NCBI GenBank assembly: GCA_965645245.1
Contig: OZ287086.1
Coordinates: 744,001-808,000, forward strand
From: Massalongia carnosa
Lineage: Eukaryota
Direction of reading: 5' to 3'
DNA: 64,000 nucleotides
This document shows positions 1 through 11,119 of this stretch, one piece after another. The position numbers and the translations under genes are program-made. The stretch's first letter is position 1. The number at the start of each line of letters is the position of its first letter. Below the pieces are notes generated by a model that did not search any database, was not told the origin of the DNA, and saw only the letters and a program-made list of their open reading frames with translations.

Positions 1-652
1 GATTTACCTTTATGTGCTACGCAAAGCTTCTGAGGGTGCTCATGCCAAAAGTACACTTGCGGGATACAAAGGGTATTATTCTTTATGAACGTGCTCTTTA
101 ATAAAGTTCACGTTTAAAATGTAGAGCATCTGTTAATAAATGAATCCAGTCAATGGAGGATGTTTTCATCCTGGGTCAAGGATAATTTTCCTAACATGAG
201 ATATCTGTGTTACATCCAGACAAAAACACTCTATATTTGATAGCTTATTGGATTTATCAAAACTGTGATTCTCCTGAATCTGTTGAGTAAATGCATTATT
301 CTTTAATACTAATGATCTCGTTATTAATGAACCTTTCAATAATTAAAACTCAACACTTGCTATTCCTCAAGATAAGTCATGGTTACATGCATGTAAAATG
401 CGCTCCGCATGCAGTTGGAAGTATACATATAGCATGGAGATAGGTTCGCATCCTTGGAGAAAGGATCGAGATTGTTTATACAGTGGCAATCCGTCTATTT
501 CGAGCACGGTATCTATCTACATGAAAAGCTTACAAAGAAAAAAAGTGAGTTCTTTTCGTTCGAGCTCTTTTAAAATAAGCATTATCAATAATATATTTCA
601 GGTGCGAGCAGGTACTGTATCTCAAAGCGCAAGAGCAATAGTGTAAGGTTAT

Positions 653-882
653 TGTGACAGGCGATGGGAGGGAGCCCTATAGAGCTATGGCATGCGAGGA
701 TAGAATGGATAAACTGAAAACTAGCTATCTATAAGAACCGAAACGACTAATATATACCCCTCTCTGATGTCCTACTCCTAAGAAATTCCTATCCTGATAA
801 CTCCGATGACGCGTTGTCAGGGTCTAGACGTTCTGTCCCCGATCGAGGCGAGGATCCTCGTCCATGTGTCGAGACTCTGACA
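653..882 (-). mobile_element. Possible solo LTR
   Basis: 230-bp segment bounded by TGTGACA and TGACA. It has an internal inverted repeat (TGTCAGGGTCTAGAC 815-829 vs 868-882), similar in style to the hairpin that opens the Gypsy LTR at 32988. No TSD found (GTTAT vs AATAG). Confidence 0.4.
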
Positions 883-2349
883 AATAGACGCAAATTTGTT
901 ATTTCGTTTATACGAAAATAACAAGCAACATAAAACCGCTAGTCAACTGCATAGACTCGATGTAGACGAGCAAGGAGATCGATTTTAGGGCGGAGCAGCT
1001 CAACGTATGATGATATCAGTTGCTTATGTTTTGAGTTTCTTGTGTCTTTTGCGATTTGATAAAGTTCTGCACATTCAAGCACATCATATCGAGCTCATAG
1101 ATGAAGAGAAAGGTAAAATCTCGTTGTGGTTAAAGTTTCGCAAAACACATCAGGAAGGAGGTATGTGATTGCTATATGAGAGTTCATATTATACGAGCTT
1201 GTTTTAAACGAGAATAACAATAACAATTCTCAGAAATCAAACCGTTTTATTAAGACTGGAATCGGAAGGAACCAAATCTAGATGCTGTACATCTCTTGTG
1301 TAGATGGTTGCATCATACTGAAATAAAAGAAGGATTTATTTTCCGTCGATTCGATCAGTATGATAGAGTGGATAAAGCAAGTCGTCCTATAGTGAGTATG
1401 CTTGATAGTTCTTGTTTTCAAAGTGCTCTCTTTAAACGAGCTCTTAGACCTCGTCCACGTTTTTAGAGAATTTTCGCAACAATCTTGCCGATATAGGAAT
1501 AGATCCAGCTCCTTATGGTACTCATTCATTTCGAAGAGGAGGTGTACAATATCTTTCGAGTGAAAAACGATGCAACATACGCAAATTATGTGACTGGGGT
1601 GGATGGTCTTAAAGTTATAATACTTTAACAATCGTTCGTTATTTAATGAATTGGAATGATGATCCTATAAGATATCGAGATGATTTCATTAATCCGGAAG
1701 CACAGATCGGAGTAAAATGTTCTTATTGTAGTCGAGCTTGCGATTGTGCATAAAGAACTCATTAAATACTAGTTTATGAGCTCGAACAATGAAAACCAGG
1801 AGGATGATATCAATCTGTTCTATAATGATAAAAGTTAAGTGCTTATTTAGATAAACTCTTTTCACCCGAAATCCGACTCCTCATCTTTATCCTCCCCCCC
1901 CCCCCTCCTCTTCACCCTCCTCCTCACTCCTCTCCTCTTCCTTACCTTCCTCCTCTCTCATCTCCTCATCCGTACTGAAAGGATCGGACGACACTTCCTC
2001 AAAAAGTGGATCATCACTTTCGCCTAGTTTAGTCAAAAGATCGACAGCAGGATTCACCCTTTCGCCTCTACTAGCCATCTAAATTTGGTTAAAACGAGTT
2101 CGTTTATAACGAGCAGTTCGGTTGATTTACTTTTCTATAAGACCATTCACCCAGTATGGCCTCAAAAAGACGAAAACAATGCTCTCGTCGACCTCCAAGA
2201 GTCAACTCCTCTTGCGCCACTTTCTATAAACATTAAATATTAGGTCGAGCTCGTATATAACGAGTATAAATTAACGATTTTACTTTGGTTTTGGCATTTG
2301 AAATGATTTGCTTCTCGAACATCTATTGTTCGAGCATGGACGCACCATA

Positions 2350-3687
2350 CAGTCCCGTGCCAAAAGTCAGCGGCCCAACCCGTAATTTTCGTGATTTCGC
2401 GTTTTCAACTCATCAACCCCCCATCTTCCACCTTATCATTTCACCATGCTTCGTGCTTCTTTGACCCCCATAAGTGGTAATCGGCCTCGTAACACTGAAT
2501 TGACGCCATATCAATGTGGTATGATTGTTGGGGCCCAGGCGTTGGGGCACACACCGACCGAGATTGGGAAGACTATTAATTTCACTAAATCGACCGTGCA
2601 GAGCACCATTCAGAAGCACTCAGTTCGCAACGACGGCGTGTCTAAATCACGTTCTGGACGGCTTGAAGTGCTGTCAGAACGCGATCGACGTTATATCATC
2701 AAGCATGCACGAATCAATCCACGAATCACTTATGCACAAATCAAACTAGAAGTAGGGCTCGGCTGCAGTCGTACGACTATTTATCGGGCACTCACACTAT
2801 ATGGTTTAACCAACTGGGTAGCTAAAAAACGACCTTTATTGACGCCTGAGGTGGCCAAGAAACGGTTGGATTGGTGCTTGCTGCGGCGTGAGTGGACTTT
2901 TGAGCAGTGGTCAAGAGTTATATGGTCAGATGAGTGCTCGGTGGAAAAGGGGTCAGGAAAACAGCGTCAGTGGGTGTTCAGATTGCCAAAAGAAAAATGG
3001 AATAAAGAGATGATACAACCTGTCCCCAAAGGCAAAGGAGTCAGTGTCATGGTCTGGGCAGCTTTTTGGGGAGATAACAGGTCAGATCTTTACAAATTGG
3101 CTCGTGATTTTGCTGCGAAGAAGATGGGGTACTCGGCGAACTCATATATAGAATTATTGAACGATAATCTGCTCGGAATTTGGCAACCGGGCCTCATTTT
3201 CATGCAGGATAACGCACCTATACATAAGGCTAAAAAGGTGATGGAATAGTTTAATGAGAACGGCATATAGGTTATCGATTGGCCCCCCTATTCACCTGAT
3301 TTAAATCCTATCGAGCAAGTTTGGTATGTGCTCAAAAAGCTCGTCTATCAAGTCAACCCGAACATAGATTTGGTTATCTGCAGTGATGAAATTGTTCGTG
3401 AGGTACTTTGGAAAGCGTTAGAAGAAGCCTGGACGTTAATAGATGTGAAAATGATGAGGAGGTTAATAGAGAGCATGAATAGGAGGATAAAAGCGTGTAT
3501 AGCGTCAGAAGGATGGTATACTAAATATTAAAAATCAATTTTTGGGGGAATTCTTGTTTAGTATGTAAGTAATCATTATGTAAAGTTTCAAGACATTTCA
3601 GCAATCGTGACGTGGTTGATTGTCGATTGAATAGAATAATTGAAATGTTAGTGGGGTGCGGGGCCGCAGACTTATGGCCTAGTACTG
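2350..3687 (+). mobile_element. Tc1/mariner (Tc1-like, DD34E) DNA transposon
   Basis: Imperfect 27-bp TIRs starting CAGT (2350-2376 / 3661-3687, 21/27 match), TA on both flanks (2348-2349, 3688-3689), transposase inside. Confidence 0.92.
2446..3531 (+). pseudogene. Tc1-like transposase, two in-frame stops
   Basis: HTH region, GRL/KKRPLL linker, WSDEC, QDNAP and SPDLNPIE motifs with 34 residues between D (3208) and E (3313). In-frame TAG at 3247 and 3268. Confidence 0.92.
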
Positions 3688-4469
3688 TAAGCACATCCGC
3701 AAGGCAAGAGATCAACCTTATCTAAGCCTAACGGAATATTCTCGCCCTTAGGCATCTCCTGCATTCGTTTTAAACGAGCTCATCAGTAACAGATATCATC
3801 ATTTATAACGAACTCATACCTTTTGTGACCGATAACATCCATGACATCGGGCATAGCCCGGATTCTGTCTCCAGAATTTCGCCCGTAGCCCTTCTTCGCC
3901 CTCGGTTTCCTCTGGTTTTGCCCCAGGACCCCAACGTGTCTTATAAGCATTTATTCGTCTTCATTAATAACGAGTCAGTTTAAAACGAACTCATTTCATA
4001 CAATAATATATACTTCTTTTCTGAAGGCTTCTTGTGTTTCGCTTGTTCGAGCTCTATTTTTATTTTCTGTCTTCGATAACCGCAGCATTATGTTTAGAAG
4101 ACATGAGTTTGTTATGTGATTATAAGAAAAATTGGTTGCAAGTTTACGAAGCGAGAGTCATTTGAAACGAGTTTGATTAAGGCCCCGTTTGTATACAGCG
4201 TAGATAGCTCGCTTCCTCCGGTAATTTTCGACGTTACGGCATACACTTTTGGTGGTGTTGTGTCCGCCATTACCGGCATTTTGGGACCAATTGTACGATT
4301 CTACTCTTGAGGCCGTTTTTTTGGGCCATTGCCTCCTACGCAGAGGATTGTAACGATATACAGTTCAATCAAGGAATCGGCGCAATGCGTCAAGTCTCTA
4401 CGGCGAGTAATGGATGGAGCAACTGCTCGATCAGCGCTATACGAATCGATCTACGACAACCTTCGCATG

Positions 4470-4713
4470 GATCGAGAGACGACATCTTCGCTGTCTCTAC
4501 GTTCGACCTACAGTTCAGCTACATTCTTGCTAGATGGGAGGGCTCTGCGCATAATGCGCTAGTCCTTAAGGATGCCGTCTCCTATCATGGATTGAGGCTC
4601 CCTACAGGGAAGTACATCCTTGCGGACGCTGGATACTCTAATACGGAGCACACCTTGGTGCCGTTTCGGGGCACGAGGTATTATCTCATGGAGCAAAGGC
4701 TGGCTGGAGAAAG
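4470..4713 (+). pseudogene. PIF/Harbinger DDE transposase fragment
   Basis: FDLQFSYILARWEGSAHNALVL...YILADAGY...LVPFRGTRYYL matches the Harbinger/HARBI1 pattern (GWEGSAHD, YLADAGY, PYRGVRYHL). It is followed by a GTAAGA intron donor at 4714. Confidence 0.8.
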
Positions 4714-4951
4714 GTAAGATCTACAGTCTATTTGAATGGTACTAATAAGGCTTCAGGTCTACGAGATCCAACGATCAGCTTGTTACCTTCTCCACTCTTA
4801 TGATACAATGGAAAAGCTTGATAGTAAACGATCCTGCACCTGAGAGCAATGCAGTTAAATATCATTTCCTAAACAGTGCTCCTGATATTTTGAGCTCTTT
4901 TCACCGCTGAATATCAGACCTCGATACAGATAAGACTCGAGACGGACCAGC

Positions 4952-5037
4952 CTACACCATCGGTCCTCCTCCTTCTACACCATCGGTCCTCCTCCTTCTA
5001 CATCATCGGTCCTCCTCCTTCTACACCATCGGTCCTC
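4952..5037 (+). repeat. 23-bp minisatellite CTACACCATCGGTCCTCCTCCTT x~3.7
   Basis: Direct reading. Units start at 4952, 4975, 4998 and 5021. Confidence 0.95.
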
Positions 5038-5222
5038 ACCACGGAGACGCCAAAGGCCTCACCGTGGGGCGACCGTCAAACATAGATTTGCTCCTATCTC
5101 TTCGCATCAAAACAATGCTAATTTAACGCGTTCTCACGCGTCGCAGACGTAAGTACGGAAGAGGATACGAAAGCCAACCGCCGGGGGGTAGAATGCGCGC
5201 CTCCCTGTACCATGCTTCTAAG

Positions 5223-5957
5223 GGTTCAAGTCCCTTCTTGCAGTCATCAGCTAGAAGAAGATGTGGACCAAAGGAGCCGCATCATCCCCCACCCGGGCAC
5301 AGTCGACACGCGTTCTAGCTCCTGAGAGTTCAAGTTTCCCTATGCAGTCATCAGCTAGGATCAACAGAACGCGTAAAGGCACCGGGGCGAATGCTGTCAC
5401 CTCAAGAAAACTCTATCTCGGAGCAGAATAACAATATCCCATTTAATAGGCCCGGCCTGTTAAATAAAATCGAGGAAAACAAAGTCACAAAACACATAGT
5501 CATCAATCACACGTTGTACAAAGCACACAGTCACAAAGCACACATCACAAAGCACACAGTCACAAACATACAGTCACAAACAAACAGGGACAAAACACAC
5601 AGTCACAAAAAACACAGTCACAAAAAACACAGTCACAAATCAATAACACGTCCCTGTGAAGTGGGTTCTGCGGGGGCTCGTTAAGACAGATCTGCACCCG
5701 TTAATATCGGAGTACATATTTTTAGAGGTTCAAGTCCTTTCTAGCAGGCATCAGCTGAAAATAATGTATTTTGACACGGACATGGTATGGATTTGACACG
5801 GGTAGACCTCGATGGATCACAAAACGAATGAAAAGAGTTCAGCGGAACTTCGTTAATATTGTTCTCGAAGACCTCGTTAATAAGATTTTCATAGACCTCG
5901 TTAACAACGTTCGGTCATACTCTTAAAGGTTCAAGTCCATTCATACAGTCATCGGCT
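5223..5957 (+). promoter_or_regulatory. Four dispersed bipartite motifs GGTTCAAGTCC-N6-GCAGTCATCAGCT (B-box-like first half)
   Basis: Copies at 5223-5252, 5327-5356, 5727-5756 and 5928-5957 with identical spacing. The repeat is certain; the function is inferred. Confidence 0.6.
5521..5639 (+). repeat. ~15-bp imperfect tandem repeat (AAAACACAGTCACAA)n
   Basis: Direct reading, about 8 units. Confidence 0.85.
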
Positions 5958-7081
5958 GAGAGCTAAAGACGTACGACACGTGTCAGCTATGTCTATTACA
6001 CGGGTCTCCTTCGTCTACAACACGGAGCCCTCCGGCTGAAAGAAATAAACATATAGACACATAGTGTAGGGTCACACCCTACACGATACAAGGGATTTGG
6101 GTTATGAAAATCATCCGTTTGATGGCTACCGTGAGCAACACGGCCCGAACCGGAGTCGTACCGGGGATGGTGGAGGCAACCTAGTCATCAAATAGGACAC
6201 CCTTGGGACAAAAAGAGGGCAATATACGAGGAACCCGTTAATTGATAACAGTCTAGGCCCTGAGCTAATAGACGAATTTCAAACGAGCACCCCTCCGAGT
6301 TGTCCTCGACTCGTTTTGGTAAGAAGGGACGGAAAATCGATACTATACTGCCTGGTCATGAGCATAGTGGTCGAAATCCCCGCGAGACATTGTCGGTTCA
6401 TAAACGGGAGACCTTTATGAATAACGCGAAGTGGGCGTAAAAAACCTGTGAGGCGTGGTATGCAATGGCGGCCACAGTACGGAGACCCTCTGCATAGCCC
6501 GAGAGGACAGTATGCGCATGTCGGTATATATAGAGCAGGGAATATCTATCTCACGCGTAACGAGACCCCGTCGGTTCGCCAGCGCATGGGCTACGGCTAG
6601 ACTCGCCCTTGATATATGCTTAAGGAGTAAACTGGGTTTGACCAAGGCGAAAGGGACGTCGTTTACCCCAATCGTAGAATTCATCAATAGTCTTGGGCCA
6701 TAAAACGCACCAGTGAGATGAACGAAAACTGGGATAGAGACTTCACGAAGGAGATGTCAACTCTATTTTATCATTCTTAGCCCCGAGATATCAACTGCAC
6801 ATCATATATAGTGCTGGGCGTATAGAGGAAAGACTTAGTCTCATCGTTTCAATTACGATCATAAACTTGTCGCGAAAATGACTACACTCGAACAAACAAA
6901 CGCACTCTCGAGAGCGCACAGTGAAAGGAGCGAATGTTTACACGTAAAGATCAAGGAGTATCTTGATCGAGTGGGCACCGTTGGTGACCCGGAGGCATTG
7001 CAGTTGCTGAGAAACTCAGCGGACATTTTGCAAGCGCAAAATCTAGTCGTTACAAAGTTGCAGAAACTCCCAACAACATAG

Positions 7082-9837
7082 TATGGTGGGGCGACATGTG
7101 TCATCTATGGTCAGGTGACATGGCAAGCCTGTGTGTGTATAAAACGGGTTTTTTGCTGGTGTTTTCTTCATTATCTCCGGACATCAATTTTCTATCACCT
7201 ACGCTGTCATCATAATCGTCGTGTCACGTAGTCATCGACACACGTTAATTTCGTGCATCAACTAGTCGCTCAGTCGTTCAGTCGTCTAGTTCTTTTCATG
7301 TCTATGCAGTCGTAGGTCCATTCAGACGTTTGTGTGTGTATGTGTGTTTACTGCTCAGTTCGCCATCTATCATCACCTACCACCACCTTCTATTAGCACG
7401 CACGACTACCCTTCTCCATTGGTGACCACGGTGCGATATATGATTGTACTGGTGCAATTGAGCGGTTGAACTGAGCATCAAACGTCGAAAAACCTCCTTG
7501 TTTTGCACCTCTGATCACTCTGACTACTCTACCTCCGACCGTGCACGACCGTGTCCTTCAGCACCGAATAGAGCAACATGGCCCCCATCAGCTTCTTTAC
7601 TACCGCTATCGCTTCCGTCACCATCCCAGCACCGACTGCATGCGTTTTAGACGTACATTCCAGGAACTATCTAATCATTCTATTCACTGCACTGATGGCC
7701 ATATCCTCGTGCATTACCTTCTGCATTTGGGCAAATGCGACCGTGTCCGAGAGTACTAGACCGACCTCACCTACTCCACTACGATCAAATCGAGCACGTC
7801 AACGACAGCGACACCATAATCGAGCGAAACGTGGTAGGCCTACCAAAAGAGCCTCCGTTTCTGCCTCCGAGTCGTCTGAGTCGTCCGAGTCGTTCGAGTC
7901 GTCCACTTCCACGTCCACCACTAGTGCACCAACCTCTAGCACTAGTGCATCTCCATCTACATCTTCATATTTATCTGCTTCTTCTTCTTCACCCAGCGCA
8001 CCTATGAGCAAGCGACAGCGACGTCATCTGCCGAGACAGCGCCGGTCCATCTCCGTGTCGAGGGCATCGTCTGTCAGTTCATCAGCACCGTCAGTGTCAT
8101 CATCAACTGCCTCGGTTGCATCGACAAGGTCATATATGAGCATGGAGGAATTGTTTGCGAAATATAGGGCACAAAATGCCTATGTGGCCCATATAGACTG
8201 TCCAGAATCGCTGTCTATTTGTCCAACAGTCGCCGTGTCACCACCGGTCACCATATCTGCACCGTCTGCACCGTTCATGTCTGCACCGTCCACCGCACCA
8301 CCGTCTCCCGCCACCGCTTTTCGTTCTGCCGTGTCTTCGGCACCTGTCCTCACCACTATCGAGTCAGCTGACACTGAGTCGGCAATTGAGTCATCTACAC
8401 GTGGGCCGGAAGGGCCAAAATCAACATCATTTCATTCAGCCTCTGAGGTCAATGTGGAGCTAGCTATGGCCGGACGCCTTCCGGACGTCAGCTAGGTCGA
8501 AATTGACGACTATATAGCACCTTCCCGTTCATTATCACCATTGCGTTCAGCATCACCGTCCCCTTCAGCGTCATCATTCGTCATTCAATGGCCTTTGTTT
8601 CGTCAAATATCGAAGAATATCTGTCTACTTTGCCTCTCATTCAGTCATCTATCTCCCGTCTGGCACTGGGATTTTTATATTTGCAGGCCTCCACCTGGAT
8701 AGTTCCTATGTGTCGACTGTCCAGTCTTCCCCTTTCGGACGCCCTATGTTAACTAGCAGGTGCTGATAACACGAAAATATTGCTGCACACTGTCGTGGGT
8801 CGAGAGATTTTGACCGAATTGCTGACGAAAGTGAAAGAAATTCTCGCACGGTCAAGTTCATCTTCAGCTAGTGCCACCGTGTCAGCCAATCGAGTGAGGT
8901 CGCTTCCACCTTCATGTAGGTCAGGGCCATGGCATTCAGACCGAGCTAGGCACGCACGGGCTAGACGTGCAAAACGTACGCGCTGGACACTACCTGCACC
9001 TCCGGTTTCATATTTTTCCACTCCATTTGACAGGCCCGGCCTATCTAATAAGTCACCGTTAGCACATCCGTCGTTATCATAAGCCCTACCAGCTGCACCA
9101 CCGGTTGATGCCTTGCCATTACCTTAAACGGTCACGCCTTCAACATTTGAGGCCTATCGGGCGCGCGGTGCGTTCATTCCGCCTCAGGCTACTCCATGCA
9201 GTCGTCCGGATCACCGTCAACAGACCCATCAGTCAGTCAACAACGATTTATTCAGTTCGTGTCCACCCCCGAGGGCTGGCAGGCAATAGTGACGATGATG
9301 GAGGCTATTCAGCAGCGGATAGGGGTCGATGTGAGTCGTGTTTTTCACATGTGAAGTGATCATGTGAGCTGTGATTGACCCGCAGGGCAGACTATTGAGG
9401 CGGACAGACTAGAGGCGAGGCGAGGGCTCAGAGACGAGTTCTGATTGGTCAGGAGAGGTGAGCTGGCGGAGTGTTGACAGATGCCAGGGGACGGCATCTA
9501 ATGAAGAAGGGTAGTCGTGCGTGCTAATAGAAGGTGGTAGTACGTGATGATAGATGGCGAACTGAGCAGTGAACACACACACATACACAAACGTCTGAAT
9601 GGACCTACGACTGCATAGATATGAAAAGAACTAGACGACTGAACGACTGAACGACTAGTTGATGCACGAAATGAACGTGTGTCGATGACTACGTTAAACG
9701 ACGATGATGATGACAGGATAGGTGATAGAAGATGATGTCCGGAGATGATGAAGAAAACGCCAGCAAAAAACCCGTTTTATCCCCACACAGGCTTGCTATG
9801 TCACCTGACCATAGATGACACATGTCGCCCCACCACA
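7082..9837. mobile_element. Unclassified element with ~340-bp inverted terminal repeats, T(A/G)TGG..CCACA ends and 4-bp TSD
   Basis: 7082-7420 is the reverse complement of 9500-9837 (about 93% by eye). ATAG is duplicated at 7078-7081 and 9838-9841. Host ORF1 is continuous across the site. Confidence 0.88.
7578..8495 (+). CDS. Ser/Arg-rich hypothetical protein inside the inverted-repeat element
   Basis: 305-aa ORF with an N-terminal hydrophobic segment, basic patches and Ser/Thr runs. The frame stays open past the TAG to ~8702. Low complexity, so coding status is uncertain. Confidence 0.45.
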   Translation: MAPISFFTTAIASVTIPAPTACVLDVHSRNYLIILFTALMAISSCITFCIWANATVSESTRPTSPTPLRSNRARQRQRHHNRAKRGRPTKRASVSASESSESSESFESSTSTSTTSAPTSSTSASPSTSSYLSASSSSPSAPMSKRQRRHLPRQRRSISVSRASSVSSSAPSVSSSTASVASTRSYMSMEELFAKYRAQNAYVAHIDCPESLSICPTVAVSPPVTISAPSAPFMSAPSTAPPSPATAFRSAVSSAPVLTTIESADTESAIESSTRGPEGPKSTSFHSASEVNVELAMAGRLPDVS

Positions 9838-11119
9838 ATAGGTGACACATTACAGGCAATTCAACAATCATTGACACGCATAGAGCGCAACAAGACCACT
9901 CCTCGCAGCTATGCCGCTGCTGCCACAAGGCAAGGCCGAGATGAGCCCGCACCCCTAAAGAACCAAAACGTCAAGCCTCAACAGGCCCGCAAAGCCAAAG
10001 CACCCACACCAAGACAAGAGCGACGTGCCTGGGAAATCACCGTTCACATCACGGAGGATGCGGACAAGGAAAAAATGAAGCTAATGCCAACCAAGGAGTT
10101 ATTAGAAACACTACAAAATGGAGCTGAAGGAATAAGGGTAGTGTCGTGTTTGTTAAACGGCGACATCAGGATTCACGCAGAGTCATTGGAGGCAAAGAAG
10201 ACCCTGCAGGAGAAGACCGATTGGACCCGCATGGTGGCCGCCTCAGCTGCGGTGCACACCCGCACCTTCACCGTAAGAGCGAATGTAATCAGGGTAGAAA
10301 ACATCAAAGTGGCCAATCAATCAACAGCTTTCACATACCTTCAGGCCGATAACGGACGCCTGCACCCTAACCTGAAGATCGTCAAAGTAGCCTGGTCAAT
10401 CAAGGCCATTACAGAGAAAAAAGCGTACTTGACGCTCATATAGAGGTCGCCACCGCCGAGATGGCTAACCGGCTCATCACCGAGGGCCTAATGGAAAGCT
10501 ACGAAATAAAGGACTGCGAGCGCTTCACACGTGGTTGCACCATGACTCAATGCTTCAACTGCCAAAAATACGGACACATCGGTAGAGCATGCCGCAGTCC
10601 CGCCGCCTGTGGTCACTGGGCCGGTGGACATCAAAGCAAAGAATGCAATCTGGAGACAACGGGGCAATACCGCCGTTGCGCCGTATGCGGAGAGAAGGGA
10701 CACGAAGCATGGTCCACAGCATGCAAAGGCAGATTAGCTGAAAAGCGAAAAACTGAAATAGCAATGCAAAACCGCGCCCCCCTCTATGCAATCGAATCAC
10801 AGCCGCCCTCATTTCAATTTCAACTTCTACGAGAGTCGACACCCACAGTCACACAAACGGACGAAATTCCGTCAACGTGGAAGATAGTAAACGGCAAGAA
10901 AAGAAAAACACACAACGCTACGCCCTCATCCGGCACACCCCCGGGCCCTCATCGGGGAGACGACGCACCTACCTGGGCTAATATAGGCATCATGAATCCT
11001 GAAAATAAGGTAAAGGCCTTAGCAAAACCAGTGCTGGGTAGGCCTCGTGCAGATCCCGTAGCATTAACGACAAAAACTCAGGTCACATCGAACACAGCGG
11101 CCGAAACGATGGAAATCCT

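Noticed and set aside
1..2300. Degraded gene on the minus strand (acidic stretch 1887-2078, faint resemblance to the N-terminus of telomere-linked-helicase-type elements)
   Set aside because: No diagnostic motif can be read with confidence. It needs a translated search.
4952..5037. CRISPR-like array
   Set aside because: Contiguous tandem units with no spacers, in a eukaryotic TE context.
5223..5957. Hammerhead ribozyme on the minus strand (CTGATGA in copies 1-2), or tRNA genes
   Set aside because: CTGATGA is lost in copies 3-4 and there is no consistent stem II/GAAA. No cloverleaf or A-box is visible upstream.
6415..6703. Overlapping ORFs in the A1 5' region
   Set aside because: Short, with no recognisable domain.
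7082..9837. DIRS-type tyrosine-recombinase retrotransposon
   Set aside because: It has a TSD, and no YR, RT or internal complementary region is evident.
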